A program made the position numbers and the translations under genes. A stretch of 63,938 nucleotides of DNA, the filler included, from an uncultured Ignavibacteriales bacterium (GTDB lineage: Bacteria; Zixibacteria; MSB-5A5; GN15; JAAZOE01), in the NCBI GenBank assembly GCA_964611355.1. It is 3 parts of 3 records of this genome, joined end to end, with 100 filler letters (N's around TTAATTAATTAA, not from the genome) between each part and the next. Parts side by side here need not be neighbours in the genome. Positions count along the whole stretch, not along the records: positions 24,562 to 48,695 come from CAZSYD010000035.1; positions 48,796 to 63,938 come from CAZSYD010000053.1; 1 more part is not named here. One strand, given 5' to 3'. The notes beneath the pieces were generated by a model. The model was not told the DNA's origin and did not search any database. It saw nothing but the letters and a program-made list of their open reading frames with translations. Of the stretch, positions 47,330-56,504 are shown piece by piece; within the stretch, counting starts at the first letter, position 1; the number at the start of each line of letters is the position of its first letter.

Positions 47330-48545
47330 TTTCACAGTCAATTTTGTGGATAAAAAAGAATGATAAAAGGATAACAAGTATAAACAACATAAAAAACAGT
47401 GTAAATCCGAATTCAGCGATTATCCAGCCACCTAAAAGTGAAAATATGACAGGGAGAATGCTTCCCGCTCCGGTCAACCCCGTATATAATGCCCTGTTAT
47501 CATTGGTGGTAACTTCCAACAAAACTCCACTGATCGAAATAGTATGAATGGAAAAAACGACACCCCCAGCCAAAAAAATGTAAGGGAAAAGAATGGAGCC
47601 CGGCAGAATCAAAATAAACAAAGGAATCAATATGGCAATGGAGGAAGTAATGTATAATAAGTATTTATATTTTACTTTTTGGGAATAATAAAAAATTATA
47701 CTGCCAGCTACAACGACACCAATAACTTTTAGAAGTAGAAAGTCACCAATATTTTTATTTCCTATATCAAGTGTTTTCTTGGCATAAAGAGTCAAAAAAG
47801 GCATCAAAACTATACAAAGCCCCTGGGTGTTTATCAAAAACAAATAATTCCTCAGATTTTTTTTGAAGCGTATTTCTTGAATAACAATATGTATGAATTT
47901 CGTCAATCCGTCAATTTTGGAATTGGACGCTGGAACCTCCTTGATTTTCCAGAACCCAAGAGACGCAATTCCAAGCAGTACGGCGGCGATAATAAATAAG
48001 TTGGCATAATTCGCGGGGTAACCATATTCTGCTAAAATATTCCTTGCAAAAAAGGCTGAAATAAAAACTAAAATACTGGAAATTACCTGCTTAATAGAAA
48101 AAAATGCCTTTCTTCTTTCCTGCAATATCGACTTACCCAGAATATCAACATAATTTATGTTTGCAAAAGCACCGCTTAATGAAAACAGGGAAATCAAAAT
48201 AAAAATAGACCAGATGATAAAACTATCATTTACATGAAACGAAAAATAAAATAACAGAGACATTCCACCAAGAGCGAAAACACGAGCGTTAATTCCACCC
48301 AGTAGATATCCTTTTTTCAAAGATTGATTGTTTAAGAATGGAGCAAAAAATAGTTGAGCAATCTTTCCTCCTCCCAGCATAATTCCAATTAATATTCCAA
48401 GTTGCAGCGAAGTACATCCCGCATCGAGCATCATGACTGGAATAATTGTGTCCACATCCATGAAATTCGTTGCCAACGCAAGAAATATACCATGCCATAA
48501 AAAAGCATAATAATTAAGCCTGGATATCTGTTTGTTTAATTCCAT
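47298..48545 (-). CDS. MFS transporter
   Basis: About 12 hydrophobic helices; DILGKSILQERR and LLEVTTNDNRALYTG loops. Confidence 0.85.
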   Translation of the reverse strand: MELNKQISRLNYYAFLWHGIFLALATNFMDVDTIIPVMMLDAGCTSLQLGILIGIMLGGGKIAQLFFAPFLNNQSLKKGYLLGGINARVFALGGMSLLFYFSFHVNDSFIIWSIFILISLFSLSGAFANINYVDILGKSILQERRKAFFSIKQVISSILVFISAFFARNILAEYGYPANYANLFIIAAVLLGIASLGFWKIKEVPASNSKIDGLTKFIHIVIQEIRFKKNLRNYLFLINTQGLCIVLMPFLTLYAKKTLDIGNKNIGDFLLLKVIGVVVAGSIIFYYSQKVKYKYLLYITSSIAILIPLFILILPGSILFPYIFLAGGVVFSIHTISISGVLLEVTTNDNRALYTGLTGAGSILPVIFSLLGGWIIAEFGFTLFFMLFILVILLSFFFIHKIDCENEFKNRQNIS

Positions 48546-48695
48546 TTTAATAATGTATTTTATGTCGTTAAACAACACCTGACGATAGGGTTAATCCGGC
48601 GGTGTGAAGCACCAGCGGACCATTTTGTTGACCGATCATCTGTGATGATTCTGAGCGCCCAATTCATGTACTTGTTCGTCAGTCATAGGATAAAC

Positions 48696-48795
48696 NNNNN
48701 NNNNNNNNNNNNNNNNNNNNNNNNNNNNNNNNNNNNNNNTTAATTAATTAANNNNNNNNNNNNNNNNNNNNNNNNNNNNNNNNNNNNNNNNNNNN
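48696..48795. other. Synthetic contig spacer
   Basis: N44-TTAATTAATTAA-N44. Confidence 0.97.
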
Positions 48796-48848
48796 CAGCC
48801 GCAAAATACTACCTTAATAACCAACTGTCACTAATGGGGGGCAGTATA
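48796..48848 (-). mobile_element. Second copy of the IS3-like left end, inverted, cut by the contig start
   Basis: Reverse complement matches 45468-45520 at 49/53 positions. Confidence 0.8.
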
Positions 48849-48852
48849 CCCT

Positions 48853-49018
48853 TGTGCCCATTCTGTGCCGACAGGATACCAAAACAGATAAAACCAGACA
48901 AAAACAAACAAAAACAAATAAAAACACCTAAACTACTCTTGTTTAACGGCGTGCAGTATTATTCATTACCCCACAATAGGTTGCAATAATAAGCTCTGGA
49001 GAATCCCAGCCTCTCCGC
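48853..49018 (+). mobile_element. Putative right end (attR) of an element integrated at tRNA-Ser
   Basis: Arm-site-like repeat TGTGCCCATTCTGTGCCG (48853-48870) and isolated tRNA-Ser-type 3' end GAATCCCAGCCTCTCCGC (49001-49018). Confidence 0.55.
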
Positions 49019-49458
49019 TTAGTATCATAAATATACATTTTTGCTGTCGCGTAGCTTATTCAAATATATCTCTTGATAATCAGAGTTCTATACTTGTCCC
49101 AGCTTGCCAGCCACGAATATATTATGTTTTCGGCTGTCGCGTGAATGACCTGATGAGCCACTTTGTAAATCGGAGTTTGATTTATATTTAATAAATAGTC
49201 AGGAGCGCAAGGCTTCTGACCTGCGGACTAATTTCGGGGAGCAGGTCAAGGCCCCATAAATATGTGCTTACACCTTTTTGCGCACGATTCTTGATATTAC
49301 CACACGTATTCCAGGCGTTGCCAAATAACATAAACCCAATTATAAAGTTCCTGGCTTTTTGAGATTGATATTCATCGCGGTCAATAATATTCTCCTTGAT
49401 ATGAATCGCGTTACTTCATTAATTGCAGACACGTATTAAGTGAGGTTGGAATTCAGGT

Positions 49459-51471
49459 ATGCCTAACGCAAAACAAAACCTGTTGCGATCCTGGATGTTG
49501 ACTGTTGCAGTTCTTGCCGGGCTTCTTGTCCTGCTCTCGTGCGAAAAAATGGAGCAGCAGTATATAAAGCAGGATAGGCTTTTCAGAATCGCCAAGATTG
49601 AGGATTGTCGGGGGGTTGATACCCTGTTGACAAGCGCAGAAATACTTGCCAACCCCGACCCGGAGATCAGGACTGCGGCGGCCATGGCTATCGCTCGTAT
49701 AGGCGATGAGTATTACCGGCGGGGGTTAAAGGCGTATTTGTATGATTCTGTTCCTGAGGTTGCCGAGGCGAAATTTTTCGCCGCCGGTCTGATGGGTGAT
49801 TCCAGCTTTGTCGATACTCTTTTGGCCTTGGCTGCCCAAAATATCCCGGCCCGAGAAAGGGCCATTGAAGCCGTTGGAAGGCTGGCCGATTCCTCTCGGG
49901 CGGCGGAGTTGGCGGTATTTCTCAATGATGATGATACCCTGGTAGTCTATCAGGCATTGCTGGCCTTATGGCGCTCTAAAGGATGGTCACAGGCCGACAG
50001 GATAGTTGAAATCGGCCTGTCCGGCAGTAACGGGAAGGTTAAATACGGTGCCCTTTATGCCCTGTCGCGGGGAGGACGCATCGAGGGCCGGCCGCTCTTT
50101 CGACGCCTGATGGGCGATCCCGATCCGGAATACCGCCTGCTGGCCTACCGGGGCTTTGGTCGCTCAGCCGACACCGCTTCGCTTGATCTAATCGCCACCG
50201 GCCTCAACGACGCCGATAACAGGGTGGTAACCAGCGCAGTTTATGCTCTTAAAAACTTTGGGAAAACGGGGGCTGAATATATCAGGGGTAAAATATCTGA
50301 ATTGACCGACGAAAAGCTGGTGACGCTGGCGATTCAGGCTATCGGCGATAATCCTTATAAGGGATCGGAAAAAGTAGTTGAAAGGATTTTCCGATCAGAC
50401 AGCAGGGAGAATGTTCGATCTGCCGCGGCTAAAGCGCTTCTGCAGATAAGCGGAATGAAGGCTCTTTTCATCATTGACGAACTGCTCACGCCGCCGACTA
50501 TCCGGCAAAAAGTGCAGATTGCCGAGGGCCTGATTAATATCGACCGGAAGGCAGCAATTGCGAGGTTGGGACAATTATTCAACGACAGCATTCCTGTTGT
50601 CAGAGTTGCCGCCCTGGAGGCACTGGGCAGGGTAGATTCGGTTTCGACTGAAAAATATGCTGGGAAAGGATTAAAAGACAACGACTACGTGGTGGCAATT
50701 ACGGCCATTGACATAGCCGCTCGGTATAATCTGATCGATCTGATTCCCGAAATTGCGGGAATATACCTGGAACAGAGAGAATCTATCAATGATGATCTAA
50801 AAATTGCCATCATCGGCGCCCTGGGTAAATTTGCGGCTGATTCGAGCTATGACAGCGTGGTAATCGCCGCCCTTGAGGAAGGCTGCAACGATGAATCATA
50901 TTTGATTCGGAAAAGGGCGGCTCACGCATTGCAGGACAGATATAATATCGACCGGTTGGGGCAGGTCGGCCTTGCTCGAACGGGAATCGAGAAACGCAAC
51001 TACCACGATCTCTTTCATCGTTACGACGCCAATCCGGCCGCCGTTCTGGAAACGTCGCGCGGGACAATTACCATAGAACTGCTCTACGATGATGCCCCCA
51101 AAACGGTCAACAATTTTATCTCACTCGCTGAGAAGGGATTTTATGATAACCGCGTTTTTCAGCGGGTCGTTCCCAATTTCGTTATTCAGGACGGATGCCC
51201 GCGCGGGGACGGCTGGGGCGGCCCAGGGTACACGATCAGGTGTGAATATAACCTCCTGTCGTACACAACCGGCATGGTCGGCATGGCCCTGTCGGGCAGG
51301 GATACGGGCGGCTCACAATATTTTATCACTCTTTCGCCGCAGCCGCATCTTGACGCTCGATATACAATCTTCGGCCGGGTTATTTCCGGAATGGACATCG
51401 TGCAGCAAATTGTCCGAGGCGACAGCATTAAAAATGTCACCATTCAATATGGTGACCCGGGGGAAAAATGA
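49459..51471 (+). CDS. Lipoprotein with HEAT repeats and a C-terminal cyclophilin-type PPIase
   Basis: Lipobox LLSC; HEAT-like repeats; DAPKTVNNF, RVVPNFVIQDG, GMVGMA, TGGSQYFI, HLDARYTIFG. Confidence 0.9.
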   Translation: MPNAKQNLLRSWMLTVAVLAGLLVLLSCEKMEQQYIKQDRLFRIAKIEDCRGVDTLLTSAEILANPDPEIRTAAAMAIARIGDEYYRRGLKAYLYDSVPEVAEAKFFAAGLMGDSSFVDTLLALAAQNIPARERAIEAVGRLADSSRAAELAVFLNDDDTLVVYQALLALWRSKGWSQADRIVEIGLSGSNGKVKYGALYALSRGGRIEGRPLFRRLMGDPDPEYRLLAYRGFGRSADTASLDLIATGLNDADNRVVTSAVYALKNFGKTGAEYIRGKISELTDEKLVTLAIQAIGDNPYKGSEKVVERIFRSDSRENVRSAAAKALLQISGMKALFIIDELLTPPTIRQKVQIAEGLINIDRKAAIARLGQLFNDSIPVVRVAALEALGRVDSVSTEKYAGKGLKDNDYVVAITAIDIAARYNLIDLIPEIAGIYLEQRESINDDLKIAIIGALGKFAADSSYDSVVIAALEEGCNDESYLIRKRAAHALQDRYNIDRLGQVGLARTGIEKRNYHDLFHRYDANPAAVLETSRGTITIELLYDDAPKTVNNFISLAEKGFYDNRVFQRVVPNFVIQDGCPRGDGWGGPGYTIRCEYNLLSYTTGMVGMALSGRDTGGSQYFITLSPQPHLDARYTIFGRVISGMDIVQQIVRGDSIKNVTIQYGDPGEK

Positions 51472-51624
51472 CCGCTTGTCGGCCCGTACCGATCGCGCCG
51501 CCCGATTTATATTTTTTCGCAGGCGTAGGGTAAAGGCTTTATGAATATTCAGTTCGAGCCTGGAAAAATTTGATCCGATTACATAATCAGCACCGTGTAC
51601 CAAAACATTTCGGAGAGGTTGAAG

Positions 51625-52107
51625 ATGAAAACCAAAACGCACAAGATTGAACCGGCCGAGGGGGAAAATATCATTCTGGGGATGTCGCATTTTATCAAGA
51701 CAGTCGAAGATATTTATGAAGTTATGGTCAATGCTTCGCCGTCGATAAAATTCGGCATCGGTTTCTGCGAGGCTTCCGGTCCCTGCCTGGTTCGCAGCGA
51801 CGGCAATGATCCCGAGTTAATTGATAAGGCGGAAAAGACGGCTTATGATATAGCCGCCGGGCACAGTTTTATCATATATATGCGTGAAGGACATCCAATC
51901 AACGTCCTGCCGGAACTGAAAGCCTGCCGCGAGGTCTGTCGTATCTTCTGCGCCACGGCCAACCCGGTCGAGATTCTGATTACTCAAACCGACCTGGGCC
52001 GCGGCATCATCGGCGTGGTGGACGGTTATTCCCCCCGTGGTATCGAAAACGATGAAGATAAAAAGGCCCGCGTCGAGCTTATGCAGAAGATCGGGTATAA
52101 GCGGTAA
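51625..52107 (+). CDS. Adenosine-specific kinase family (DUF355)
   Basis: NIILGMSHFIKTVED, FCEASGPCLVR, GHSFII, CATANPV, GRGIIGVVDG, IGYKR. Confidence 0.88.
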   Translation: MKTKTHKIEPAEGENIILGMSHFIKTVEDIYEVMVNASPSIKFGIGFCEASGPCLVRSDGNDPELIDKAEKTAYDIAAGHSFIIYMREGHPINVLPELKACREVCRIFCATANPVEILITQTDLGRGIIGVVDGYSPRGIENDEDKKARVELMQKIGYKR

Positions 52108-52287
52108 GCCGGCGTTTTTCTTTAAACAATTGACCGATATATATCGTCTTCTATACGCCGGTGAGTAAAACAGGAAATAGGAAAATTCAAAATAAAACTT
52201 GCTATTTATATCAAGGGAAGTTAAATTAATATTATTTCTTTAATTTAGTCATTTAATAATGACGACGTCAATTGTGGAGAATTAACA

Positions 52288-53961
52288 ATGAAAAAAGTGT
52301 ATCTCTTTAGGGAAATAGTGATATTATCGCTAATTCTTACCTGGTCAAGCCCTATCAATAGTGCCGCAAGATTTGAGAGGCAGGATAACTGTCTCGTTCC
52401 CAAAGTACTTGGCTCACCCAATATACAATATGAAGCTCACAGAATTGGAAGGGTCGGTTTAACGGTTACGAATTTTGGCACTGTTGGAACGGGGTTTATC
52501 TCCAACCCTGTTTGCGATGGTGAGATATGTCCATCATGTGAATTTCCAGTCAACTCTGACCTAGAATATCTATTTGCTGGAGCTATATGGGTTGGCGCTG
52601 TAGCGGGATCGGATACGTTGGTCTCGGTGGGCGCAGATGGATGGTTTAGCGACATAAATGAGTTTCTCCCCGACGAGGGGACTATGGGTGAGATTATTAC
52701 TCGTTCCAATATTCCAAGCAGGGCGAATTACCATCCGGATGCAATTTCAGAGCAGGATATCATATGTGTTTTTACTGATACTTTTACGAACCCGGGTTTA
52801 ACCGGCATAGATCCACTTGACAATAGACCGCATATTCCTCTTAACATTGAACTCGTGCGGGCCAGTTATGCCTGGTCATACTCGTATTTGGAAGATATTG
52901 TCATTTTCAATTACAATATAAAAAATATCGGACCTAATCCACTCGAAAGCGTTTGGATAGGTATCTATATGGATGGGGATGTATATCATAAATCTCATCA
53001 ATCTGATGGATCCAGAGATGATATAGCCGGGTTTTTCCCGGAAGAAAACCTGGCCTATATCATAGATAACGACGGCGATCCTGATCCTTCTTTGCAATAT
53101 TGGACTTATACAAGTCCACTCTCGGTAATGGGTTTGAAATTCCATGGCGTAGATAAAACATTTGTTTATCCTAATTTTAACTGGTGGGTTTCAAACGGCA
53201 ACTCTGTACTTGATTTTGGCCCGCGTCTAGCAGGTTCTGAAGAAGACCCGTTCCGTTCTTTCGGCAAGCATTTGGGAACCCCAACTGGTGATAGGAATAA
53301 GTATTATATTCTAAGTCATCCGGAGCAGGACTATGACCAGCTTTTCACCGCTATTTCGCATGTTGAAGATGGATTTCTGGAACCGCCAACAACTTCTTTG
53401 CCCGCTGATATTGCCGACGGTTATGATACACGATTTCTTTTATCTTTCGGTCCTTTTTATATTAATCCTGCCGCCACTGTTACATTTGGTTACTCTCTGA
53501 TAATGGGAGAAGATATTCATGTAGACCCGACAGATTTCGCGGACTACTTCGATCCGGATAATCCTCAGGCTTTTTATGAGCATCTTGATTTCACTGATCT
53601 AATTGAAAATGCACATGTTGCTGATTTAATATATAGTTCCCTTCCACTTACGGCAGACCGCCATGACAATGTAGGCTTACCCTCTAAATTTACCATTTCA
53701 CAAAATTACCCAAATCCATTCAATCCAGTGACAACAATCGAGTACACTCTTCCACGAAAAGCACAGGTGGAAATCGCCATATACAATCTACTTGGACGGA
53801 TGGTTCGGACTCTTGTCAACGAAACCAAGGCCGCCGGTATTTATCAAACCCAATGGGACGGCAAGAACGAAAAGGGTTTGGATGTTGCCACCGGTATTTA
53901 CTTCTATCGCTTTCAAATGGATAACCACGTGGAAACGAAAAAGATGATGTTGCTGAGATAA
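52288..53961 (+). CDS. Exported protein with C-terminal T9SS-type/FlgD-Ig sorting domain
   Basis: Signal peptide; QNYPNPFNPVTTIEY...IYNLLGRMVRTL...WDG...ATGIYFY...KKMMLLR. Confidence 0.85.
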   Translation: MKKVYLFREIVILSLILTWSSPINSAARFERQDNCLVPKVLGSPNIQYEAHRIGRVGLTVTNFGTVGTGFISNPVCDGEICPSCEFPVNSDLEYLFAGAIWVGAVAGSDTLVSVGADGWFSDINEFLPDEGTMGEIITRSNIPSRANYHPDAISEQDIICVFTDTFTNPGLTGIDPLDNRPHIPLNIELVRASYAWSYSYLEDIVIFNYNIKNIGPNPLESVWIGIYMDGDVYHKSHQSDGSRDDIAGFFPEENLAYIIDNDGDPDPSLQYWTYTSPLSVMGLKFHGVDKTFVYPNFNWWVSNGNSVLDFGPRLAGSEEDPFRSFGKHLGTPTGDRNKYYILSHPEQDYDQLFTAISHVEDGFLEPPTTSLPADIADGYDTRFLLSFGPFYINPAATVTFGYSLIMGEDIHVDPTDFADYFDPDNPQAFYEHLDFTDLIENAHVADLIYSSLPLTADRHDNVGLPSKFTISQNYPNPFNPVTTIEYTLPRKAQVEIAIYNLLGRMVRTLVNETKAAGIYQTQWDGKNEKGLDVATGIYFYRFQMDNHVETKKMMLLR

Positions 53962-54297
53962 CGTGAACGCAAACGTCTTCCAGCCACGCTCCGAACCGTG
54001 CGCTGAGTATCCGTAGAGAAAGTATAGTTATACATATTGGCCTAATAGTTTTAGCTTGCATGAAACAATAGCGGATAAGCGTAATTGTCCAGTATATTAC
54101 TCCAAGCTTATGGGCAACAATAAATTCCCCATATAATACTATAAGGCTCAATTATTTAATAAAAAGCATCGTTCGGGCTATTTGTGATATGTTCATTTTA
54201 ACGGCGTGTCTCGCATGTTTGCATGAAGGTATTTTTAGTTTTGAATTTAAGTCTTTAATCGCTATATTAAACTTCGATTGCAAGAAAGCATCCGTCC

Positions 54298-55047
54298 ATG
54301 CAGGGAATCATTTTAACGGGCGGCAAGGGATCGCGCCTGAAACCGCTGACCGATCATACCAACAAGCATCTGCTTGACGTTTGCGGCAAGCCGATGATAT
54401 ACTATTCCCTTTCTATCCTGGCTTCCTCCGGAGTAAAAGATATCACCCTGGTTTCCAACCCTCAGCATATCGGCCTCTTTGAAGAGCTTCTTTCGGATCG
54501 TTTTAACGGCCGTTTCGAGACCATGCGATTTATCGCTCAGACCGACGAAAAGCCGGGCATCGCCGGGTCGATCCAGATGATGCCCGAAGACGTGCGCGTC
54601 GGGCCATATATGCTGGTCCTGGCCGATAACATTATCGGCGAGTCGGCTATGGAATTTTGTCGGAAATTCGAAGAGAAGCCTAATTCCGCCCTGACGCTTT
54701 TGGCCAGAGTGCCGTCCTCGAAATCGTTCGGCATGGCGCGCCTTAAGGAGGGACAACTCAGGGTTATAGAAGAAAAGCCGGACGGTCCGGCCTCGCACTG
54801 GGCTATAATCGGTATCTACTTTTTCCCGAAAGACCTGTTTGAAATTGCCGCCCGGGTAACGCCGTCGTGGCGAGGCGAGTATGAAATAACCGATATTCTG
54901 GCCAGCTATCTCGAACAGGGGCGGCTCAAACACCAGACCCTCTCCTGCTGGTGGGTGGATGCCGGAACGCATGAATCGCTGGCGCGAGCCAAACGGCTGA
55001 TTTCCGGTGAAGCGGCTGCGCTTGAAAAGGACGATAAAGGCCAATGA
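54298..55047 (+). CDS. Sugar-1-phosphate nucleotidyltransferase (RmlA/SpsI-like)
   Basis: GIILTGGKGSRLKPLT, NKHLL, LADNI, EEKP, RGEYEITD, WVDAGT. Confidence 0.9.
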   Translation: MQGIILTGGKGSRLKPLTDHTNKHLLDVCGKPMIYYSLSILASSGVKDITLVSNPQHIGLFEELLSDRFNGRFETMRFIAQTDEKPGIAGSIQMMPEDVRVGPYMLVLADNIIGESAMEFCRKFEEKPNSALTLLARVPSSKSFGMARLKEGQLRVIEEKPDGPASHWAIIGIYFFPKDLFEIAARVTPSWRGEYEITDILASYLEQGRLKHQTLSCWWVDAGTHESLARAKRLISGEAAALEKDDKGQ

Positions 55048-55076
55048 AAAACGGCGGTCAGCCCTGGCCGTGATCT

Positions 55077-56348
55077 TCAGGTTTTGCGTTCCTTTTTCCG
55101 GGCGGCCGGGAAAAGGATATTATTGAGAATCAGGCGGTAGCCGGGCGAGTTTTTGTGAAGCGACAGATCGGTCGGCGGATCGTGAACCATATGCTGGTAA
55201 TCTTCCGGGTCGTGGCCGGAGTAAAAGGTGAAGGTTCCCCGGCCCAGATTGCCGTGCAGATATCGGACCTCATCATATTCCAGCGGTTCGCCAAGAACGA
55301 TAACGTATTTCTTCAAAAGAGACTTGCGCAGGCCGGTGGTCTGGCCCATAAAGCCGTTAACTACCGGCGAGTGACATTGCACCAGCATGGTCGGGACCGG
55401 GTCGAGCTTGGCCGAAAACTCAAACAGGTAAAAAATATCGTCGCCCGGATTCAGGAAATGCTCCAGCCGGTCGGGGTAGGTGTCGATATTGGAATGGCGG
55501 TAAAGCATCGGGTCGAGCGTGACGGTGAAGTCAGTAAAGGCTAAGGTCTTGGAATAGTCAAGACGACTCTGGCAGTCGGGATCGATCGGATCGCCGTCGA
55601 ATTCGGCCGGGGCGATATCAATGTTGCCGGCAGTGAGGGCAATATCGAGCGTTTCGGTGGCGCTGCACATGGCAAAAAGAAAACCTCCCCTCAGGACATA
55701 TTCCTTAATCGCTCGCGCGACCGCTTTCTTGCATTCGGAAACCTTGTTGAAGCCGAGTTTGTGCGCCATCGCTTCGTTGGCGGCCACGTCCTGCTGGTAC
55801 CAGAGTTGATTACGGAAAGCAGAGTAGAATTTGCCGTATTGCCCGGTGAAATCTTCGTGATGCAGGTGCAGCCAGTCGTAGTTTTCAAGCTCGCCTCTCA
55901 GGACTTCCTCGTCCCAGAGAATTTCATAATTGATTTCGGCGTATTCCAGAGCCAGACGGACGGCGTCGTCCCACGGCTGCAGCGTGGAGGGCGTATAAAC
56001 GGCGATGGCAGGGGCTTTCTCCAGATGTACTCGCTCCATGTTTTCAACCTCGATAATACGGAAGATATCGGCCATAGCGGCGTTATCGACCGGTTCAACG
56101 ACCACGCCTCGAATCAAACAGATATCTCGGTTGGCGTCGTTGTCTTCGATAAGAAACGACCCGGCGCGGTAATTGAGCAGCCACTCGGCTTTCTGCTCGT
56201 GTTCCAGGCAGGCATAAACAATGCCGTAAGCCTTGAGATGATCGGTTTGTACTTCATCCATCGGGATCAGGAGCATTCCCGCCCATGAAACCGGCGTAAT
56301 AATTAGAAATAATAAAAGACCGATGACTATGCTTGATACTGTCTTCAT
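55077..56348 (-). CDS. Conserved exported protein with GATase1-like fold (family often auto-annotated 'asparagine synthetase B')
   Basis: Signal peptide; LLIPMD..Q.DHLKAYG, WLLNYRAGSF, WLHLHHEDFTGQYGKF, FAMCSA, GHDPEDY, PGYRLILNNILFPAA. Confidence 0.75.
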   Translation of the reverse strand: MKTVSSIVIGLLLFLIITPVSWAGMLLIPMDEVQTDHLKAYGIVYACLEHEQKAEWLLNYRAGSFLIEDNDANRDICLIRGVVVEPVDNAAMADIFRIIEVENMERVHLEKAPAIAVYTPSTLQPWDDAVRLALEYAEINYEILWDEEVLRGELENYDWLHLHHEDFTGQYGKFYSAFRNQLWYQQDVAANEAMAHKLGFNKVSECKKAVARAIKEYVLRGGFLFAMCSATETLDIALTAGNIDIAPAEFDGDPIDPDCQSRLDYSKTLAFTDFTVTLDPMLYRHSNIDTYPDRLEHFLNPGDDIFYLFEFSAKLDPVPTMLVQCHSPVVNGFMGQTTGLRKSLLKKYVIVLGEPLEYDEVRYLHGNLGRGTFTFYSGHDPEDYQHMVHDPPTDLSLHKNSPGYRLILNNILFPAARKKERKT

Positions 56349-56504
56349 TCCCGGTCAATCAAACCTGCAGGCAATAATCTTAAACGTCTTTATTCGCCGC
56401 AAGTTCAACTTTTTCTCCATGGCTTAATGTAATGCAAAAAGAAGATATGTAAATAGAATTTACGCCTGCTTGCGGTAATCGGCCAAAAAATATATAATTA
56501 TCAT

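Noticed and set aside
48880..48930. A/C-rich run (AAAACAGATAAAACCAGACAAAACAAAC...)
   Set aside because: Low-complexity sequence without a fixed period
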